From the NCBI GenBank assembly GCA_008632985.1, contig QPGO01000128.1, forward strand, positions 62,001-126,000: a DNA stretch of 64,000 nucleotides, written 5' to 3'. The stretch is from Psammoneis japonica (lineage: Eukaryota). The position numbers and the translations under genes were made by a program. Below, piece by piece: positions 13,878 through 25,785 of this stretch. The notes under the pieces were generated by a model. That model was given only the letters and a program-made list of their open reading frames with translations. It was not told where the DNA came from and did no database searches. The stretch's first letter is position 1. The number at the start of each line of letters is the position of its first letter.

Positions 13878-14052
13878 GAATCTAGAGTGGTGCTGAACAA
13901 AGAACCTGGATGAGTGTCGAATCCAGAGCAGCATTGAACAAAGAACCTAGAGCGGTGTTTCATCTGGAGCAGCATTGAACAAACAACCTCTAGAGAGCAG
14001 TGTTGAATCTAGAGCAGTGTTGAACAAACAACCTGGAGCAGCATGGAATCCA
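13878..14052 (+). repeat. Degenerate minisatellite inside the TIR element
   Basis: Irregular repeats of AGAGCAG(C/T)(A/G)TTGAACAAA(G/C)AACCT and GAATC(C/T)AGAG. Confidence 0.7.
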
Positions 14053-14210
14053 ATCCAGGGTTGGCTGCAATCAAGTCACTCCCTCCGCCGACAGAGAGAA
14101 GTTGATGTTTGCCCTCCTGTGCACCACAAAATTCAACCTCTTCATCAAGCAACATGACGCATTGTGCGCTCTTGCACGTTGCGCGAGCCATTTCTTGCCC
14201 TCCCGTTGCC

Positions 14211-14600
14211 GACGCGTTCCAGGTCCAGGTGGGACCTCGTGCTGCTGAACTGTGACATCGACAGTTTTTTGAGTCTCGTCGCATGTCGCGCACGCAGATT
14301 TCTGCGTGATTTTTTCGACATTTTGTGTCATTTTACGGTGCACTCATTGAGCGATCCGTCCAACAACTTTTGACATTTTTTGTTGCAGCGCGATTCTACA
14401 ATGTCTTAAGAATCGCGCAGGGCAGGCGAAGTTGCAAAAACGTCGAGTGGCAAGAGGCACAATTGCACCACAAACTTGGCCGTTTATTTGATGTTGAAGA
14501 TGAACACATCCATTGATTAAATTCTCGCACTACGGAGCTCGCACGCAGAATTCTACGGGCCCAATGTCACACGGAGTCCCACCTGGGGCTGGAACGCGTC
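14211..14600 (+). mobile_element. 390-bp MITE with 25-bp TIRs and 4-bp TSD, copy 1
   Basis: Starts GACGCGTTCCAGGTCCAGGTGGGAC, ends GTCCCACCTGGGGCTGGAACGCGTC; TGCC on both flanks; inverted homologue at 35761-36147. Confidence 0.9.
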
Positions 14601-15715
14601 TGCCTCAAATGTGTGCACAGCAACACCAGGCATTCAACAATCGAACGAATTTCACCAGTGTTGGTTGATGAACGACAACTTGAGCCGCAATGCTCCTGAA
14701 CAGAAGCAAAAACTACGCATCACGCTGGCTGGAATGTCAAAATGGTGCAGACGGAGAACAAACAACAAATGTGAGTGAAGCCGCCAACGGAAAAAATGCA
14801 AAGCACCAAAGCTCTCTTTCGTTGCCATTTGGAGTTAAGTGAAACACGGGAGAGTGTGAAAATTGGCAGAATCGATGACAATGGGCACCGCCATTGTTGG
14901 GTGCATCCTCGTGCTTCACCGTGTCTTCGTCGGAGGTCGGAGGCGGGAGTCGGAAAGCAGCAAGACGCAGCGCTGTAAATTTCTACGTGGCTCTGGTACA
15001 AAATCGCAACGAATGGAAAATTTCCCTTCAGAGGCGAACGAAGGAGCTTTACGCGCGTTTTTGCCAAGTGTTTGGCAATTTGTAGTAAAATTCGACAAAC
15101 AAATAAACGACAAACATTTTGAGTCTAATTAGTCAAAATGTGTTTATCAATGTGTCGCTTTCCGACCCCTTCTAATGTAAATGAAAGATAAACATCGGCC
15201 GGCAGCAGTTTGAATTGCTTAATACATTATTGTGTATGAATGATAATATAAATTTTTGAATATTTTTATATTTATTCGTGTCATATGCTCAAGACATAAC
15301 GAACATTTATATTGGCATTAATGATTATATGCATCATAAATGTCATTTCGGCTGGCGGGCGGTTTGTTTATCCATTTTGTTTATCTCTCGAGTTGTGGCA
15401 GCGATTCGATTTTGGTGCCACAGTGGCATCGATAAAGATGAACAAATAAACACTTCATAACCCAAATGACTAACAAGACTCAAAATGTTTATCGTTTATC
15501 GTTTGTGTCGAAAATTTACAAAAGAAACCGCCTAACAGACAAGCCCGAACAGAGAAGAGCGCCGCAGCGCCGCGGCGGTGCGTGCATCAACGCAAGCAAC
15601 AACTTGCAGAGTTTGTTCGAAGTTCCGAGTTTGAAGTTCCGACATTCAGGTATCGTGCACGAATCGTCAGTCGAAACTGTGCAGCAGATAGAAAGTCCAG
15701 TTGAATGTTGGCACC

Positions 15716-17326
15716 ATGACGGACATCTTTGCTTCAGTTGCCTTGGGTGTGGCAGGTTTCTTTCTACCAGGAATATTCAAGAGTATTGTGACGCGAAAAC
15801 GCACCATGACAATTGGGTCGACGGAAGCCAGGGATGCATTCGTGTACGAATCTGTCTTTGACCCCCTTTCAATGGCTCGATGGTTCAGTCAACCCAAGGA
15901 GATGCATGACAATGGAGAGGGCAGTGATGATGATGATGAAGGCGGAGCTCAAAATCAAAAAGGAGCGAATCGGTTTGCTGCATCATTCAGAGTACTTTGC
16001 TTTCCAGTGTTTCTTGCTCTTCTCACACAGGTATCACTTGTGCTCCTCCAGCTTGCCTCGACTCAAGAGATTGTTAGTAAGACAGGGACCCAAGGACCTG
16101 GAATCACTCTTTCCGTATCATCGACTTCACCATCACTTGAGGAAAAAGCTAATCGTCGCGTATCACGATGCCTGCCGACTCCTACCGGAAAAGATTCGCT
16201 TAGCTCCATCACTACTTGTTATGATACCTTCTTCCTTCTTTCAGGGTATCCAAGTCTAAGCAATGATCGGTATCGTATGCGTATTAGCCGTACTTTTGCA
16301 TCTCCCGCTGAAGAAGACCTCGTCGCTTTTGGGTTGGAATTAGGGAGTGAAGTATTTATCCGACTGGTGTCGGTGTCTCCTAGGATCCTTTCACGATCTG
16401 GACGAGAAGCATTTGTGACTGTCAATGAAGAGAACATAACTGTCAACAACGAGGCTCTTCTGGATTTAGCAGAAAACGTTTTGTTTCCCAACCAAGGATG
16501 CCAGCGTTCCCCTACAACTTCATACCGCAATACTGAATATGAAACACAGTGGGAGGTCCTTTTCAACTGCTTTGGGCCTCCTTTTGCGCTTGGTAATAAC
16601 GGCGAGACCTCAAGCAAATTCAATACATTTTCAAGCCTACTTGCAGACAGCTTCCAGACGCTTGAGGGGACCAGCACTTATTATGAAGACTCTAGTGATG
16701 CCGCCTTTGCTGTCGGTGCCTTGAATGCGACAGCAATTGAATATTCCACATCGGTGGAGCGAGTTCTCAGCGATGAGGCGATTGTGGCGATTCTTGTGGC
16801 TGTTCTTGTGCTCAAACTTTTAACGGACCTTATTTTTGGTGAAGATGTGCTCTACAAGACTGCCGTTTTGGTTCAACAAATTTCTGCCGACCAAATCGAC
16901 GAAATACCACCTTTTACCAGCTTGCTCCGCGCAACGGGGAAGCTCAAGTACAAGAACAGACGGTTCATTGTACCTGAGTCCGTCTCCACATGCTCTTCTG
17001 TTGATGCAGCATCAAGTGACTCAAACGGCGCATCAGGTGATGAAGAAGATGACTCAATGCGGACACAAGAAGGAAGCGCTGATGAACCGCCATCTACTTT
17101 GGCTCAAACAGTTGATGGAAGTGCGACAATATCAGACACGTCCGCGGGATGGTTGGTCAAGGAGAGAAGAGCAACCAGCAACCGATCTGAACAAGAGCCT
17201 GTCGTCAAGATCGGCCTACACAAACACGTGAACAAAGACATGGCTTCCTCCTCAGGTGGGGTTACTGAGACTGCAGTGGAATCCCCGCCAAAGTTGCTCG
17301 GTCAGTGGTCCACCTTCAATCCTTAA
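15716..17326 (+). CDS. Hypothetical membrane protein (~536 aa, 2-3 hydrophobic segments, acidic low-complexity tail)
   Basis: Uninterrupted ORF; hydrophobic stretches VLCFPVFLALLTQVSLVLL and AIVAILVAVLVLKLL; first ATG at 15716. Confidence 0.75.
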   Translation: MTDIFASVALGVAGFFLPGIFKSIVTRKRTMTIGSTEARDAFVYESVFDPLSMARWFSQPKEMHDNGEGSDDDDEGGAQNQKGANRFAASFRVLCFPVFLALLTQVSLVLLQLASTQEIVSKTGTQGPGITLSVSSTSPSLEEKANRRVSRCLPTPTGKDSLSSITTCYDTFFLLSGYPSLSNDRYRMRISRTFASPAEEDLVAFGLELGSEVFIRLVSVSPRILSRSGREAFVTVNEENITVNNEALLDLAENVLFPNQGCQRSPTTSYRNTEYETQWEVLFNCFGPPFALGNNGETSSKFNTFSSLLADSFQTLEGTSTYYEDSSDAAFAVGALNATAIEYSTSVERVLSDEAIVAILVAVLVLKLLTDLIFGEDVLYKTAVLVQQISADQIDEIPPFTSLLRATGKLKYKNRRFIVPESVSTCSSVDAASSDSNGASGDEEDDSMRTQEGSADEPPSTLAQTVDGSATISDTSAGWLVKERRATSNRSEQEPVVKIGLHKHVNKDMASSSGGVTETAVESPPKLLGQWSTFNP

Positions 17327-19029
17327 AATAATTTGACAAATGCAATGGTGAGAGCGCTGAGCACAAGGAAAAAAGGCCTGACAATTGCTTGGTTCAAAAT
17401 AGCATGAGAGCTTCCCTGCACCCAACCCGCACAGTAGCACTAACAATTGCTATATGGCTTTTTGTTGAAACTTTCACCACCTATTAGCGCCGCCATTACC
17501 GACTTCTCGTACATGCAATGTTGCGATAGAGACGGGACACGGCCACACCTTGTCTGGCTTCAATCCGGCCGCGACCGCGTATCCTAAAGATCTCTGAAAG
17601 ATACAGACATTATGTTGAACCATGAGCGTGCTGCTGCGTTTAACATGTCCATCAGCAAAGCAAGAGTAGCACGGAAATGAATTTTTTGTCGATTCCTCGC
17701 CTTCTATCGGTGGTGGTGTTCTTCCAATGTCCTGTCACCGTCGTGAGAGCAACGGCCAACACTGAATCATCATCCGTTTCGTCGCACTGTGTTCGGTCCC
17801 CAACGGGGGTCAAGAAAGCCTTCTATGTGTGATGCAGCAGACCATGCATGTGGGAGCAAAACAGCAACCATCCACCAAGCTCCAAGTGGTGAATGTTGCA
17901 ACCAGAGGGACAGGTGCCATGTCCTTCGTTGCCACCCTCAGGGAGTTGAGCTGCACACCCATTCATGATGACATGTTGGCAGATCAGAAGTGGCTGATTT
18001 GTTTGGATCAACATTTGGTGCAAACCAAACTGCTGCCATGACTCCTGTTGAGTGGGCTTTCAAGCTGGTGCTCACAGGTTTGATGTCATGGAATCGGGCA
18101 TCATGATGCCCTGTTAATTTGTCGAACAAGCCGCCCAACAAAGTGACACAAAAATCATCGTTTTGTGCTTTGTGACGAGATCCGCAAAAATGGGTTGAAA
18201 GTTTTTTGAGTGTCTGGCATGCTGTTGAGATCTTTGAAAGGAGAAATGCCCAGCACTTTGCTGCGACACAAAGCCATCATCAAATTGTGGCCAAAGAGGA
18301 CAAAAATGGCCAAGCAAGCAAAGAGGAGGAGGAGGAGGAGGAGAAAAAGAACAAAAGAACAACAAGAAGAAGAAGGGCATGTCTTGCAACCCTCAGCTGC
18401 TCAGCCCAAGGGAGGTTGTTGCATTGTGAAATGTTTGACCAAAGCTTGTTTGGTGCTCGTCCTTGATGGGAGTGCGTGGTGAAGAGGGCGGGCGCAAACG
18501 CCGTGAGAACTTGTTGCATCCTCGCCTGATGGACAGGCAGACCATCTGATTTCCAAAAACAAAAAAGGATTGCACAGTGACCACGATGATGTCCAATGTG
18601 TGGGAATGTGGCAGATTGCACCGCAGAGATGGAAATGGCAAAACAGACAACTCAGGAGGTGCGGAACAACCAGTCGCTAAATTGCGAGAACAAAAACTGC
18701 TCTGCTCAACAACCAACAAGAAGAGTTTGCAGAGAACAAGAAGTGACTTGCATTTGTGCCAAACTCAACACAGATGAATGTGGTGTGAAGACTTGTCCAG
18801 AACAAAAAGTTCTTGATTGCATGAAAGAAGAACAGAAGTGAGGCTTTGTTCTCAATTTGAACCCCAGACCTCCGATCTCATTCGTTTCTTGATCTGTGAT
18901 TGGGCGAGTCTTTGACGGTGGTTGATGGCGGTTTCTGAGCGGTCATTGCAACACGCACAGTTTGATGGTGCAATCACATGGGACACACACATCTCACAAA
19001 TGAAGAACAATGTTGAAATTGCAGTGCCT

Positions 19030-20871
19030 CTGAAAATGTTGCAGAGCAGATGGCAAACAAAGTTGAGGAACTGGTTCTTTCACAGCATGACATTTTTGCC
19101 ACCAGGTTCAACGTCAAACAAAAAGAATGCTCTCTGACACTGGAGGAGAAAAAGGCAGGAAAAGACTGGAACCAAGCCCGCAGAGAATTTGTTGGGAAAT
19201 GCAATGAAGTTTTTGTGCCACATGTGCGTGCACTCCAATGTCACAATCAAGAAGAGATCGCATCATCGACCATCTCACCACCAATGCACAATGCTGGCAG
19301 CATGACAACAAGTCAATGAAGCAAGTTCAATGAACAATGAAGCAAGCAATGCCATCCATCTGCCATTGAAAAGTGGGAAGCTTTTGCAAATCTTTTAAAA
19401 GAGAAGTTTGACATGACCAGGCTTCCACTGCCGATGACTGTGCCATTGTGGGCAACCGTGGTCAGCAAGAGATGACAACAATGAATGAAATCATGGAGCA
19501 AAGCTTCCTCAACATGTTTGTGTTTGCACCATTTTGTGAAGCTGGTCTTGTGTGTCTGCCCTTCCAAGTGGATTCTGAAGAACGGGGCTGTTGTCCAACA
19601 ATTGGAATTCCCAACAAAGCCTGTTGCATGGAACTGACAGGAAATGACCCTGTCCAAGCTCAGAAAACAGCAGCTTTTGAAGCAAAGGCATTGCACAATG
19701 TGTCACTTCCAAATGACTTTGACAAGTTGAAGGAGTGTCATGAGGAGGCGGTCAAGAAGCAAGTGACAGTGAGGAAAAAAGAGCGATTCAAGAGCTGGTC
19801 TCAAATCTGCCACCAGCTCACCTGGGAATTTGCGTGCATGGTTGACAATGGTGTTTGATGTGGAGCTCTGTTTTGTGCTTCGAAAGCACACTTCATCCAC
19901 CTTGATGGATCAGGTGGGGAAGTTCACAGGGTTGAAATCACTGATGCACACATTGCTTGTCAGAAAGACTTTCTTCAGGCTTGGGCGTGTGTGATTTGTC
20001 TCGCCAATGAAAGTCCAGCACCGGCTGATGGAAACCACAGTCTTGAAACATCTCCAGGCACTGGCATCAGTTGGCTCAAAGAGACCCCAATTTGTGAAGC
20101 TGAAGCATCGGAATCAGTGATTGAAGGGCAAGAGCAAACTGGACATCGTCCCAGCAACAATGATTCTTCTGGTGGCGCTGAAAGCAGTGACGAACTTTCT
20201 GGAGGAAGCCAAAGTGACAAGGGCAGCAGAACTTGCCCCACGTCCAAGAAGCCAAGACATGAATCTCCTCAGCGCAGCATGAAGAACGGAACCAGGCAGG
20301 TGACTTTGACGTCATCACCGCCTCGGTTGGCTCAGTCGAGGTCTGATGAGGATGAGGAAGGGACCACTACTTCACTCCCACTCACCCCGCCAGACCACTC
20401 CTTCTTTGATTCGTTTCCTTTTGAAAACGAATTTGTAGATTCAGTCGATTTTCAAAGTTTGATGATCGGCCGGTTGTTGGGGATCGGAAGGAACGGAGAC
20501 GTCTGTGAGAGCGTCTATGGTGGAGAAAAGGTTGTGGTAAAGCAGTTTGATCTATCGAAGAATTTTGAAAGTTACGAGAATGAGGTCAAGGCGCACGTGC
20601 GCCTGAAAAAGGCATGGGGTGAGCTTGTTCCTACCCCAAAGTTTATTGCGCAGTCACCATCTGGCATGGTCAGGTTCCTTGGTCTACAGAAAGGGAGGTG
20701 TTTGATGGGCAGTTTTGCACCGTGATTGACAAGCTACGGAGTGACTATAACTTCCAACCTCTTGATTATTCTCATGGTCGCAACTGTATTGTTGTAGATG
20801 TAGACAATGGAACAAAGAAGTTGCTCATTATCGATCTAGAATTTTGGAAAGACGCTGTGACGATTGAGTAG
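19030..20871 (+). pseudogene. Pseudogene of a protein with a C-terminal protein-kinase-like domain (start approximate)
   Basis: LLGIGRNGDV..VVVKQFDLSK..YENEV..WGELVPTP..GRNCIVV..LLIIDLE-stop; upstream part has stops and Tyr-to-Cys/His-type residues (FACMVDNGV, KAHFIHLDG, QAWACV); frameshift near 20700. Confidence 0.7.
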
Positions 20872-21122
20872 ACTGATTTTGGTTATAGACGATTAGCTCT
20901 ATCGTTATCCTGTTAGAACAAGAGCGTCGATGTTGTAAGAAGACTGATTCAGCATACCCTATATCTCACTTTTCTAATTTAGTCGCAGTTTCGGTAGCGC
21001 ATAGCGTATCTTACAAAATGCCGTAAGACACTCTGTCGAAATATGACTTCTTCGTTCATAATCCTGCACAGAATTATGATTCGGCAACCGTCATCGCATT
21101 CTTCCTGTTTCCCTTTCCTTTT

Positions 21123-22610
21123 TCATAGATAGACTGCAAGCGTGAGAAACAGAAGACATAACAAGACGTGTTGTATGTACTGAGTAAAGCCGTTCTTGAT
21201 GGTAGAAGGTATCACATAGGCGCAAAACGCCATGACCCAATAGTTAACCATGTACTTTGGAAACACCAGCATGACNNNNNNNNNNNNNNNNNNNNNNNNN
21301 NNNNNNNNNNNNNNNNNNNNNNNNNNNNNNNNNNNNNNNNNNNNNNNNNNNNNNNNNNNNNNNNNNNNNNNNNNNNNNNNNNNNNNNNNNNNNNNNNNNN
21401 NNNNNNNNNNNNNNNNNNNNNNNNNNNNNNNNNNNNNNNNNNNNNNNNNNNNNNNNNGAAAGCCTTCGTAGACTTCAATGCAATAATCCATGGTCAGCAA
21501 GGTCCAAAGCGCCACGACAAACCATATATTACCAGAAACCGATGCTGACAAACACGCCAACACAGACGTGACAGTGGCGTGTCCACTAACCACCAAGTCA
21601 TTGCATCCCCCATTGGCTTGTGGTCGCAGGCCTACCAAAATCCAATTGGCCCAGTCGCTCGGCGGTGGATTGGGAAAGCGTTGGCCATAACACCGCGGTA
21701 CTTGAGAAGGCAAGACGGTGACCAAGAAGGAAATGACACGCACGACTCGTGCCGTGGATAAGACAATAAGCGCTCGCATCGACACGGCCCACAGGGTCCG
21801 TCTCGGGACCAATCCCAAATCACAGCAAAACATGGACGTGACGCACGCTGCCACCAGTGCCCATTGAATGTTGAAGAGTGCGCGCAAGTGCTGTAAATCT
21901 CGTCGTTGGAGTTGTAAAATGGTTTCGTACAGCCATTCTTGTACCAGTCGACCATTGTCTTGGAGGGGTGGTGGTGTCGTTGCCAAGCTATGACTATCAT
22001 GGTTGGTAGCCGCCACGACCCATACGAAAAAGTTATCCACCAACAGCACCACAACCAAGAGCAAGGCGGAACTAATGGCACGAATTTCTCCAGGCCATGT
22101 CAGCGGATTCAATGACATTTTGGTTTTTTCATTTGTGTTGTTATTTTGTTTCTGGGCTGTAGCTTCGTTGTTTTCGTGTTGAGGTCTCGTGGCAATTCCA
22201 AAGAAAAAGAGCGCCGTCAGCGCGATACCAGCACTTGCATAGGATGGTAATTGATTGCATGCAATGGCAAGCACAAACGCAAGTGCAATTAGTCGTTGAT
22301 GCGTAGCATTTTTGGCCGATGCAACCACCCAAGCAGCCATGATTACGGGTACAGACGCAATCCAAACGAGCATCCACCAATTTCGGTTGGGCCTCGTGGC
22401 TGTGGAGAGTACCAAAAGGATCAACACGAGACCCACCAGCCCAATAGCAAGAATCATTCCCTTGTTGGATTTGCATGCTGTTGTACTCGCAGCAGATGCA
22501 GCGCTATGATCCTTGTCGTTTCTCTCCACGTCTGTGCCTGATGCAGCGCTCATTTTCTTGTTCTTGTTTGGAGGAGGAGACGAAGCCTTTTTCCGAGAAG
22601 GTCTATACAT
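21123..22610 (-). CDS. Sphingomyelin synthase / inositol phosphorylceramide synthase family membrane protein (PAP2_C-like), partly masked by Ns
   Basis: PPPLQDNG, RVISFLVTVLPS..C, GGCNDLVVSGH motif; EVYEGF immediately before the gap where the HYxxD motif is expected; many TM segments. Confidence 0.85.
   Translation of the reverse strand: MYRPSRKKASSPPPNKNKKMSAASGTDVERNDKDHSAASAASTTACKSNKGMILAIGLVGLVLILLVLSTATRPNRNWWMLVWIASVPVIMAAWVVASAKNATHQRLIALAFVLAIACNQLPSYASAGIALTALFFFGIATRPQHENNEATAQKQNNNTNEKTKMSLNPLTWPGEIRAISSALLLVVVLLVDNFFVWVVAATNHDSHSLATTPPPLQDNGRLVQEWLYETILQLQRRDLQHLRALFNIQWALVAACVTSMFCCDLGLVPRRTLWAVSMRALIVLSTARVVRVISFLVTVLPSQVPRCYGQRFPNPPPSDWANWILVGLRPQANGGCNDLVVSGHATVTSVLACLSASVSGNIWFVVALWTLLTMDYCIEVYEGFXXXXXXXXXXXXXXXXXXXXXXXXXXXXXXXXXXXXXXXXXXXXXXXXXXXXXXXXXXXXXVMLVFPKYMVNYWVMAFCAYVIPSTIKNGFTQYIQHVLLCLLFLTLAVYL
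21276..21457. other. N-run (182 nt)
   Basis: Seen directly; second N-run at 24525-24924. Confidence 1.
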
Positions 22611-22806
22611 AATTTTATGGAAGATGGGATAGAATAGACAATCACCAACTACCGGTAGAAGCGAATGGCGATTGAAGAAATGCTTTCGCGCCGTTGCAAC
22701 CTGCAGCAACAGGCGTTGCTGCTCGTGCAGAATAGATCTGTGTCATCATGGTGTTGAATACGCAGTAAATAACGCGTTGTCGGTTGACCTGGATGGAAGG
22801 ACAGAC

Positions 22807-23000
22807 TGAAGCACGCACACCTGAATCATAAACATCTGGGTGAAAAGCTTGTTGTTCCTCGTCTTGGGTTTGCCCCCTCTGCTCTTATCTTGTTCAAGCC
22901 TCGATCTCACTTGCAGATTCAACTAAGAAACATCCAAAAATGGCTGTGAGAACCACGCTGAAGCTCCAAGCACTTTGTCCTTTGCACAGGTGCAAGCAAA
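22807..23000 (+). repeat. ~200-bp dispersed repeat; also at 25982-26175 (via duplication) and, diverged, at 30864-31070
   Basis: TGAAGCACGCACACC..AATCATAAA..TCTGGGT..TTTGCCCCTCTGCTCTT..CCTCGA..TGCAG..TCAACTA..CTGAAGCTCCA shared. Confidence 0.8.
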
Positions 23001-24297
23001 TGGGTGGACACACGTGTGTCTCTGCGGCGCTTTCTCACCGCGCTTCACCCGCCTCTTGCTGCTGCTGTTGTTGTCTGTCACATGGCTGGCATTGCAGCAC
23101 TGCACTCACTGTTGCATGTGTGTTTTGTGGTGGGGGCAGCATGCAAGAGCAAAACTTTGAAGTGCACATGACGATGATGACGATGCCGTTGCTTGTGAGA
23201 GCTGCGCCCTTCCCTCGGAGTTTGATTTTTTGTGGCCAGTGGGGAGTCAAAATGTGTGGGTTGATGTGTTGCAAGATGCAAGGGGTTGTTTTGCTCAAAA
23301 CTCCACAGCTTGGCTTCACCCCAGGTGGACAGTTGCCATGACACACAAAATGGATGTGGGGTTGTCGCTCTGCGCGCATCATGTGCACCTGTCTCTGCTC
23401 TCTGCCTTGTCAGCCGGGCTTGCTTCTTGGTCAGCCGCATCAAGCCATTCTCCTGCCTTGCTTGCTGTGGCAGCTCACTCTCACTCAAAAACCCTCCAAG
23501 TGCCATCATTTTGGAGTGCAAAAATCCAAGCATTGTGGCACACTCACAGGAGCCAGTCACATCTTCTTGTGCACGGAAATTCTGCATTTGGTCTGTCAGA
23601 TGCCAGAACAGGCACACACCCTCAACTCTTGGACATTGTGAAAACACTGCACTGCAGGAAGCTCAGGCCTGCCCATCTCCCCTCACAGTCTGAGTGAGTG
23701 CACAAACAGCCACTGACTGGACTGTGCAACAATCTGGCATGCTCAACAGAGTCAATCTCTTCCCACACAGCAAACTCACACCTCCCCAGCATCCTCAAAG
23801 TTCTGTGCACTTGCTGTGCCTGACAAATGACACCTGGGTTTTTTGCCATTTTGTTGCCCATGCATTGTCCTGTCATCACTTCAACAAGCAACATCATTTG
23901 ATGCCAAGCTGCGGAGTGACTGTGACTTCCAACCTCTTGATTGTTCTCATGGTCGCAACTGCATTGTTGTAGATGTAGACAATGGAACAAAGAAGTTGCT
24001 CATTGTCGATCTAGAATTTTGGAAAGACGCTGTGACGATTGAGTAGACTGATTTTGGTTGTGGACGATTGGCTCTGTCATTGTCCTGTTAGAACAAGAGC
24101 GTCGATGTTGTAAGAAGACTGATTCAGCATGCCCTGTGTCTCACTTTTCTAATTTAGTCGCAGTTTCGGTGGCGCATGGCGCATCTTACAAAATGCCGTA
24201 AGACACTCTGTCGAAATGTGACTTCTTCATTCACAATCCTGCACAGAATTATAATTCAGCAACCGTCATCGCATTCTTCCTGTTTCCCTTTCCTTTT

Positions 24298-25785
24298 TCA
24301 TAGATGGACTGCAAGCGTGAGAAACAGAAGACACAACAAGACGTGTTGCATGCACTGAGCAAAGCCATTCTTGATGGTAGAAGGCATCACACAGGCGCAA
24401 AACGCCATGACCCAACAGTTAACCATGTACTTTGGAAACACCAGCATGACGCAAAACGCCAAGACGGCAGACAATGGAAGTGAGCCGGTGCCAACAATTG
24501 CAGATGGCTCACTCGGAGGAACCANNNNNNNNNNNNNNNNNNNNNNNNNNNNNNNNNNNNNNNNNNNNNNNNNNNNNNNNNNNNNNNNNNNNNNNNNNNN
24601 NNNNNNNNNNNNNNNNNNNNNNNNNNNNNNNNNNNNNNNNNNNNNNNNNNNNNNNNNNNNNNNNNNNNNNNNNNNNNNNNNNNNNNNNNNNNNNNNNNNN
24701 NNNNNNNNNNNNNNNNNNNNNNNNNNNNNNNNNNNNNNNNNNNNNNNNNNNNNNNNNNNNNNNNNNNNNNNNNNNNNNNNNNNNNNNNNNNNNNNNNNNN
24801 NNNNNNNNNNNNNNNNNNNNNNNNNNNNNNNNNNNNNNNNNNNNNNNNNNNNNNNNNNNNNNNNNNNNNNNNNNNNNNNNNNNNNNNNNNNNNNNNNNNN
24901 NNNNNNNNNNNNNNNNNNNNNNNNTGCCGTGGATAAGACAACAAGCGCTCGCATCGACACGGCCCACAGGGTCCGTCTCGGGACCAATCCCAAGTCACAG
25001 CAAAACATGGACGTGACACACGCTGCCACCAGTGCCCATTGAATGTTGAAGAGTGCGCGCAAGTGCTGTAAATCTCGTCGTTGGAGTTGCAAAATGGTTT
25101 CGTACAGCCATTCTTGCACCAGTCAACCATTGTCTTGAAGGGGTGGTGGAGTCGTTGCCAAGCTATGACTGTCATGGTTGGCAGCCGCCACGACCCATGC
25201 GAAAAAGTTATCCACCAACAGCACCACAACGAAGAGCAAGGCGGAACTGGTGGCACGAATTTCTCAAGGCCATGTCAGCGGATTCAATGACATTTTGGTT
25301 TTTTCATTTGTGTTGTTATTTTGTTTCTGGGCTGTAGCTTCGTTGTTTTCGTGTTGAGGTCTCGTGGCAATTCCAAAGAAAAAGAGCGCCGTCAGCGCGA
25401 TGCCAGCACTTGCACAGGATGGCAATTGATTGCATGCAATGGCAAGCACAAACGCAAGTGCAATTGGTCGTTGATGCGCAGCATTTTTGGCCGATGCAAC
25501 CACCCAAGCAGCCATGATTGCGGGTGCAGACGCAATCCAAACGAGCATCCACCAATTTCGGTTGGGCCTCGTGGCTGTGGAGAGCACCAAAAGGATCAAC
25601 ACGAGACCCGCCAGCCCAATGGCAAGAATCATTCCCTTGTTGGATTTGCATGCTGTTGCACTCGCAGCAGATGCAGCGCCATGATCCTTGTCGTTTCTCT
25701 CCACGTCTGTGCCTGATGCAGCACTCATTTTCTTGTTCTTGTTTGGAGGAGGAGACGAAGCCTTTTTCCGAGAAGGTCCACACAC
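24298..25785 (-). pseudogene. Hypermutated duplicate of the SMS/IPCS-family gene
   Basis: ATG changed to GTG, in-frame TGA at ~25264, many Tyr>Cys/His, Val>Ala, Leu>Pro, Ile>Met changes relative to 21123..22610. Confidence 0.9.

Larger units (their letters stand above)
13179..15085. mobile_element. Non-autonomous TIR DNA transposon with TA target duplication (Tc1/mariner-like by TSD)
   Basis: ~63-bp near-perfect TIR CTACAAATTGCCAAACACTTGGCAAAAACGCGCGTAAAGCTCCTTCGTTCGCCTCTGAAGGGAAA, degenerate to ~110 bp; flanked by TA at 13177-13178 and 15086-15087 where the host MITE TIR has a single TA. No transposase recognisable. Confidence 0.85.
13163..15532. mobile_element. PIF/Harbinger (Tourist-like) MITE, native length ~460 bp, split by a later insertion in its left TIR
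   Basis: TAA target-site duplication (13160-13162, 15533-15535); TIR GGCGGTTTCTTTTGTA-AAATTCGAC..CATTTTGAGTCT reconstitutes when 13179-15087 is removed and matches the reverse complement of ~15465-15532; AT-rich non-coding body. Confidence 0.85.

Noticed and set aside
13878..14052. CRISPR-like array
   Set aside because: Irregular degenerate units without unique constant-length spacers; eukaryotic context, no cas genes.
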